Positions 60,108 through 64,000 of a stretch of DNA of 64,000 nucleotides are shown piece after piece (position 1 is the first letter of the stretch; the number at the start of each line of letters is the position of its first letter). This DNA comes from Candidatus Multivoradales bacterium (GTDB taxonomy: Bacteria > Acidobacteriota > Thermoanaerobaculia > Multivoradales > Multivoraceae), in NCBI GenBank assembly GCA_965223325.1, contig CBDCWI010000001.1, positions 768,001 through 832,000 on the forward strand. The letters run 5' to 3'. The notes under the pieces were generated by a model that was given only the letters and a program-made list of their open reading frames with translations, was not told the origin of the DNA and did not search any database. Made by a program: the position numbers and the translations under genes.

Positions 60108-61292
60108 ATGGAGATGAACTTCACCCCCGAAGACGACCAGTTCCGCCAGGAAGTCGCCGAATGGATCCAGACCGCCATGCCCGCCGACATCGCGCTCAAG
60201 GCGCGCGAGGGGGGTGGCTTCTCTGCCGAGGAGACACGCACCTGGCACCGCATCCTCGCCGAGCGCGGTTGGGCAGCTCCCCACTGGCCTGAAGAATACG
60301 GCGGCACCGGCTGGGACGTGACCCGTCGATTCATCTTTCAAGAAGAGATGATCGCCGCGAATGCTCCCTCTCTGTCGCCTTTCGGTCTCAACATGGTTGG
60401 CCCGCTGATCATCCAGTTCGGAACCGACACCCAGAAGGAACGTTTCCTGCCGAAGATTCTGAGCGCCGATGAAATGTGGTGCCAGGGCTACTCCGAGCCG
60501 AACGCCGGCTCCGACCTCGCGAGCCTGCAGTTGCGCGCCGACAAAGACGGCGACGACTACATCCTCAACGGCCAGAAAACCTGGACCAGCGCCGCGCAGT
60601 ACGCCGACTGGATCTTCGTCCTCGCCCGCACCTCGAGCGACGGCAAGAAGCAGGAAGGCATCAGCTTCCTGCTCGCCGACATCAAGAACACCGAGGGCAT
60701 CGAGGTCAAGCCCTTCATGACCATCGGCGGCACGCCAGCCTTCTCCGACACGTTCTTCAAGGATGCACGCGTTCCGCAGTCGAACCGCATCGGTCCCGAA
60801 GGCGGCGGCTGGGCAATGGCCAAGGCCCTGCTCGGCCACGAGCGCGTCGGTATCGGCGGTGTCGGCTCGTCGGCGCGGTGGCTGAACCTGGTCAAGCGCA
60901 TTGCGCAAGAGACCGAAGTCGGCGACCAGACGCTCTTCGACGACCCCACCTTCCGGCGCCGGATCGCACGACTCTCGATGCGTCAGCGCGCCCTCGCGAT
61001 GGCCAACTACCGCACCCTCGCCGCGGCACAGGTCGGTCGCGCGCCGGGTCCGGAAAGTTCGATTCTCAAGATCGTCGGTACCGAGCTCGGCCAGGAAGTC
61101 ACCGAGCTCGCGATGGACGCCCTCGGCCACAGCGCTCAGGGCTGGCTCGACGCGCCCGAGGGCACCGTTCCCGCCTACCAGCGCACAATCGCCAGTGAGT
61201 TCAACTACCTGCGTGCCGCGACGATCTACGGCGGCTCCAACGAGATCCAAAAGAACATCATCTCGAAGAACATCCTCAACCTGCCGCGTTAG
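60108..61292 (+). CDS. Acyl-CoA dehydrogenase (PimC/FadE large-subunit type)
   Basis: WCQGYSEPNAGSDLASL, NGQKTWTS, LLGHER, TIYGGSNEIQKNII. Confidence 0.93.
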   Translation: MEMNFTPEDDQFRQEVAEWIQTAMPADIALKAREGGGFSAEETRTWHRILAERGWAAPHWPEEYGGTGWDVTRRFIFQEEMIAANAPSLSPFGLNMVGPLIIQFGTDTQKERFLPKILSADEMWCQGYSEPNAGSDLASLQLRADKDGDDYILNGQKTWTSAAQYADWIFVLARTSSDGKKQEGISFLLADIKNTEGIEVKPFMTIGGTPAFSDTFFKDARVPQSNRIGPEGGGWAMAKALLGHERVGIGGVGSSARWLNLVKRIAQETEVGDQTLFDDPTFRRRIARLSMRQRALAMANYRTLAAAQVGRAPGPESSILKIVGTELGQEVTELAMDALGHSAQGWLDAPEGTVPAYQRTIASEFNYLRAATIYGGSNEIQKNIISKNILNLPR

Positions 61293-61321
61293 GCCCTCAG
61301 GCCCCAGCCGAGGAAAGAATC

Positions 61322-62464
61322 ATGAATTTCGATCTGAGCAAAGAACAAGAGATGATCGTTGCGTCGGTCGCCGGCTTCGTCAAAGACGAGTCGCCCGTCG
61401 AGCGCTTCCGGGAGCTGCGCGGTACCGACCAGGGTTGGGACCCGCGGGTCTGGAAGGAAATGGGCGACTACGGTTGGCTCGGCATCGCCTTCCCCGAAGA
61501 GTACGGCGGCATCGATGGCAGCTTCATCGACATGGCGCTCATCCTCGAGCAGCTCGGCCGCGGCCTGGTTCCCGAGCCATACATCGCTTCGGTAGTGCTC
61601 GCTGGCTGGTTGGTGTTCGAGCGCGGCAGCGACGAGCAAAAGAACGCCTGGCTGCGCCCGATGATCGAGGGCGACATCTCACTCGCTCTTGCCTACGTCG
61701 AAGCCGGCAGTCGCTACGACCTGGCACGCGTCGGCACCTCTGCCACCGCTGCCGGCGACGGCACCTACAAGCTCACCGGCCAGAAGACCTGGGTGCTGAA
61801 TGGGCACGCCGCCAACGGCATCGTCGTTTCGGCGCGCACCGGCGGCGAAGCCGGGACTGAGGACGGAGTGTCTCTCTTCCTGGTGGAAGGTGATGCGGCC
61901 GGGCTCGAACGCACGCCAGTCAACGGTATGGACGGCCACAAGACGGCGTTTCTCCAGTTCGCCGACACGCCGGCCACCCTACTCGGCGGAGAAGGAGATG
62001 CCTTCGAAGACCTTTGCTGGGCCATTGACCGGGGAGCTGCTGCGGCGTGCGCCGAGGGCCAGGGCCACCTGCAGGAGATGTTCGAGCGCACCATCGAATA
62101 CCTCAAGCAGCGCGAACAATTCGGGGTCAAGATCGGCACCTTCCAGGCGCTGCAGCACAAGGCCGCCGACATGTTCGCCGAAACCGAGCTCTGCCGGGGA
62201 ACCATGATCCTCGCCGCGCTGCAGGCCGAAGTCGAGGATCGAACGGAACGCGAGACTGAGATCTCGGCTGCCAAGTTGCAACTCACCGATGGTGGCTGGC
62301 TCGTCCAGGAAAACTGCATTCAGCTGCATGGCGGAATCGGCATTACCGACGAGGCTGACGTCGGGCTGTTCTTCAAACGCCTGCGGGTGCTCCAGGGGCT
62401 GTTTGGCGACGCCGACTACCACGTCGGGCGAGTCGCCGACGCTCCCACCTTCGCCGCGGTCTAG
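61322..62464 (+). CDS. Acyl-CoA dehydrogenase (PimD/FadE small-subunit type)
   Basis: GQKTWV, YLKQREQFGVKIGTFQALQH, IQLHGGIG, LFGDADYH. Confidence 0.92.
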   Translation: MNFDLSKEQEMIVASVAGFVKDESPVERFRELRGTDQGWDPRVWKEMGDYGWLGIAFPEEYGGIDGSFIDMALILEQLGRGLVPEPYIASVVLAGWLVFERGSDEQKNAWLRPMIEGDISLALAYVEAGSRYDLARVGTSATAAGDGTYKLTGQKTWVLNGHAANGIVVSARTGGEAGTEDGVSLFLVEGDAAGLERTPVNGMDGHKTAFLQFADTPATLLGGEGDAFEDLCWAIDRGAAAACAEGQGHLQEMFERTIEYLKQREQFGVKIGTFQALQHKAADMFAETELCRGTMILAALQAEVEDRTERETEISAAKLQLTDGGWLVQENCIQLHGGIGITDEADVGLFFKRLRVLQGLFGDADYHVGRVADAPTFAAV

Positions 62465-62558
62465 TCCGCGAGCTCTCCTCGTCGGGGGAAGGGACAGCCC
62501 ACAGCCTGTTTCGCCGCTCGGCAATCGCGGAGGGCGACCCTATAAAACCTACGATTTC

Positions 62559-62587
62559 TTGAAAAGGGTCCATCTGCTTCCTATACT
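62559..62587 (+). promoter_or_regulatory. Sigma70-like promoter for the PilZ gene
   Basis: TTGAAA-N17-TATACT. Confidence 0.55.
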
Positions 62588-62622
62588 CGACCCTGCCCAG
62601 AAGGGCACCGAGGACGGACGCT

Positions 62623-63576
62623 ATGCCCGAAGCAGGACCAGACCGACGCTCCGGCGCCAGCCGGAGGCGCCACAAGCGATGGAGCCGTCGCCTGGCCGTG
62701 ACCTATTGGGACCGTGCCAAGCCCCAACGCCGCTACTCGGCCTACACCCAGGACGTTTCCTCGCACGGCACCTACATCGCGACCCAGAGTCCTTTCAAGA
62801 AAGGGTCACGCCTCGAAATGGAGTTCAGCACCGAGAATGGAACGGTACATCTCGGCGGTGAGGTGCGTTTCTCGAAGTCGGTACCGAAGGCTATGCAGAG
62901 GATCAAGATGGGCGGCATGGGAATCCGTTTCCTGCGCGTCGAGGAGTTGATCCGCGAGATCCTCCCCGGCGCACCGGGCACTCTGGTCGAGGGCCAAACC
63001 AACTCGACGGAACAACCAGGGCAGGCGCCCGAGCCGACACCAGACCGCCGCGCGGTGGGCACGACTTCCAAGGCCAGGCCTGGCGATTTCGTCGAAGAAG
63101 AAGAGCCGAGCCCGGAACCGCCCCCTGAAGAGGCGCCACCCGAAGAGGAGCAGCCGAAGACGGAGCCCGAGGCTCCGCAGCTCACCACACGGGCCTGGCT
63201 CACGACCGAAGAACTGTCGACGAAGTCCGCCGAGAAGAGCGTGCCCAGAGAACTCGGCGAGAAGGTCTTGCCGGCTTTCACGGTCGACTTCGAATCGCGC
63301 GATGCCTTCCTCGAGGTCTACGAGCGTGACCTCAAATTCGGCGGGCTCTTCGTGTCGACTCCGGCACCGGCGGCGCTCGACTCGGCGATCGAGCTGGTTT
63401 TGGTTGTCACCTCTGACCCAAGAGTCGAGCTCCGACTGCCGGCCACGGTGGTCCACGTCATGGACCAGCCCAGCCGTTCCCCAGAGTCCAACCTGCTGGC
63501 GGGAATGGGTGTTCAGGTCACCGACCAGGATGCACTGAGACGCCTTTCCGAGCTCGCCACGCCGGCGGCACCCTAA
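62623..63576 (+). CDS. Double PilZ-domain protein with Pro/Glu-rich linker
   Basis: RRRHKR...DVSSHG...GMGIRF; second domain RDLKFGGLFV...GMGVQ lacks RxxxR. Confidence 0.8.
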   Translation: MPEAGPDRRSGASRRRHKRWSRRLAVTYWDRAKPQRRYSAYTQDVSSHGTYIATQSPFKKGSRLEMEFSTENGTVHLGGEVRFSKSVPKAMQRIKMGGMGIRFLRVEELIREILPGAPGTLVEGQTNSTEQPGQAPEPTPDRRAVGTTSKARPGDFVEEEEPSPEPPPEEAPPEEEQPKTEPEAPQLTTRAWLTTEELSTKSAEKSVPRELGEKVLPAFTVDFESRDAFLEVYERDLKFGGLFVSTPAPAALDSAIELVLVVTSDPRVELRLPATVVHVMDQPSRSPESNLLAGMGVQVTDQDALRRLSELATPAAP

Positions 63577-63635
63577 GCCACGACACCGCGCTCCTCGGCC
63601 CCGCATCCCCGCCGGGCCCCATTTCAAAGGCTTTC

Positions 63636-63664
63636 TTGCCTAGTTATTTGCTATTTGCTATATT
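63636..63664 (+). promoter_or_regulatory. Sigma70-like promoter containing a TATTTGC direct repeat
   Basis: TTGCCT-N17-TATATT; the spacer holds TATTTGC twice. Confidence 0.55.
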
Positions 63665-63688
63665 TCTACCTTCTGCAAGGAAGCCACG

Positions 63689-64000
63689 ATGTTCGCCCCC
63701 CACAAACCTCACCCCCTGGCGCTCGCCCCCAACCGCCCGCAACCGGCAGGCTGGGAACGCATGCTGCTCCGCACCAGGGAGCGCGCGGCCTGGCTGGCCC
63801 TGGCAACCAGCGCCGGTCTGACGACCACGGCCATGCTTCTGGTGTCACGACCCGAGGCCGATGCGGAACATGGAATCGCCATCGCCTCGGGCCTCCTGGT
63901 GGCCGCGATCGGAGCCCTCGTCGCGCTGGCGTTTCGAACCACCAACCAGCAGAAGCGCGAACACTCGCAGGAGACGATCAGCATCGCCGGTGGCGTCGCC
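63689..64000 (+). CDS. Membrane sensor histidine kinase, 5' part (runs off the window)
   Basis: Translated by hand from ATG 63689: two TM helices, then ETISIAGGVA, matching the start of the AGGVAH H-box; the His lies beyond the edge. Confidence 0.6.
   Translation, partial: MFAPHKPHPLALAPNRPQPAGWERMLLRTRERAAWLALATSAGLTTTAMLLVSRPEADAEHGIAIASGLLVAAIGALVALAFRTTNQQKREHSQETISIAGGVA

Noticed and set aside
58848-61250. 800-aa fusion ORF
   Set aside because: The first 444 codons are the antisense shadow of the acyl-CoA dehydrogenase and intergenic DNA; the KAS III starts at 59918.

Overview
GC-rich bacterial window. Its gene content (BNR/VPS10 propeller proteins, Ser/Thr kinase with PD40 repeats, FHA-sigma54 activator, DUF4388 and PilZ proteins, many secreted peptidases) is typical of Acidobacteriota or Myxococcota-like genomes; that assignment is inference. 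About 45 mostly housekeeping or accessory CDSs are supported. No rRNA, tRNA or CRISPR array was found. The main feature is one family of non-coding ~230-260 bp units in three tandem arrays: A 6464-7750 (260 bp period), B 51931-55052 (235 bp, opposite orientation) and C 55247-56173 (231 bp). The arrays share a conserved core and two stems with compensatory and G-U-only changes. Each array ends in a perfect hairpin arm that abuts the TAG stop of a convergent gene. A complete 1910-bp group II intron (53002-54911, minus strand) sits in the conserved core of one unit, and its predicted EBS1 (CAAGCG) complements the CGCTTG found in every unit. Other notable items: tandem ppk2 genes, one with a histone-H1-like tail; a CbbQ/NorQ plus VWA pair with no client enzyme nearby; two DUF4388 genes each with a consensus sigma54 promoter; a 19-bp VNTR before msrB; and two gene remnants.
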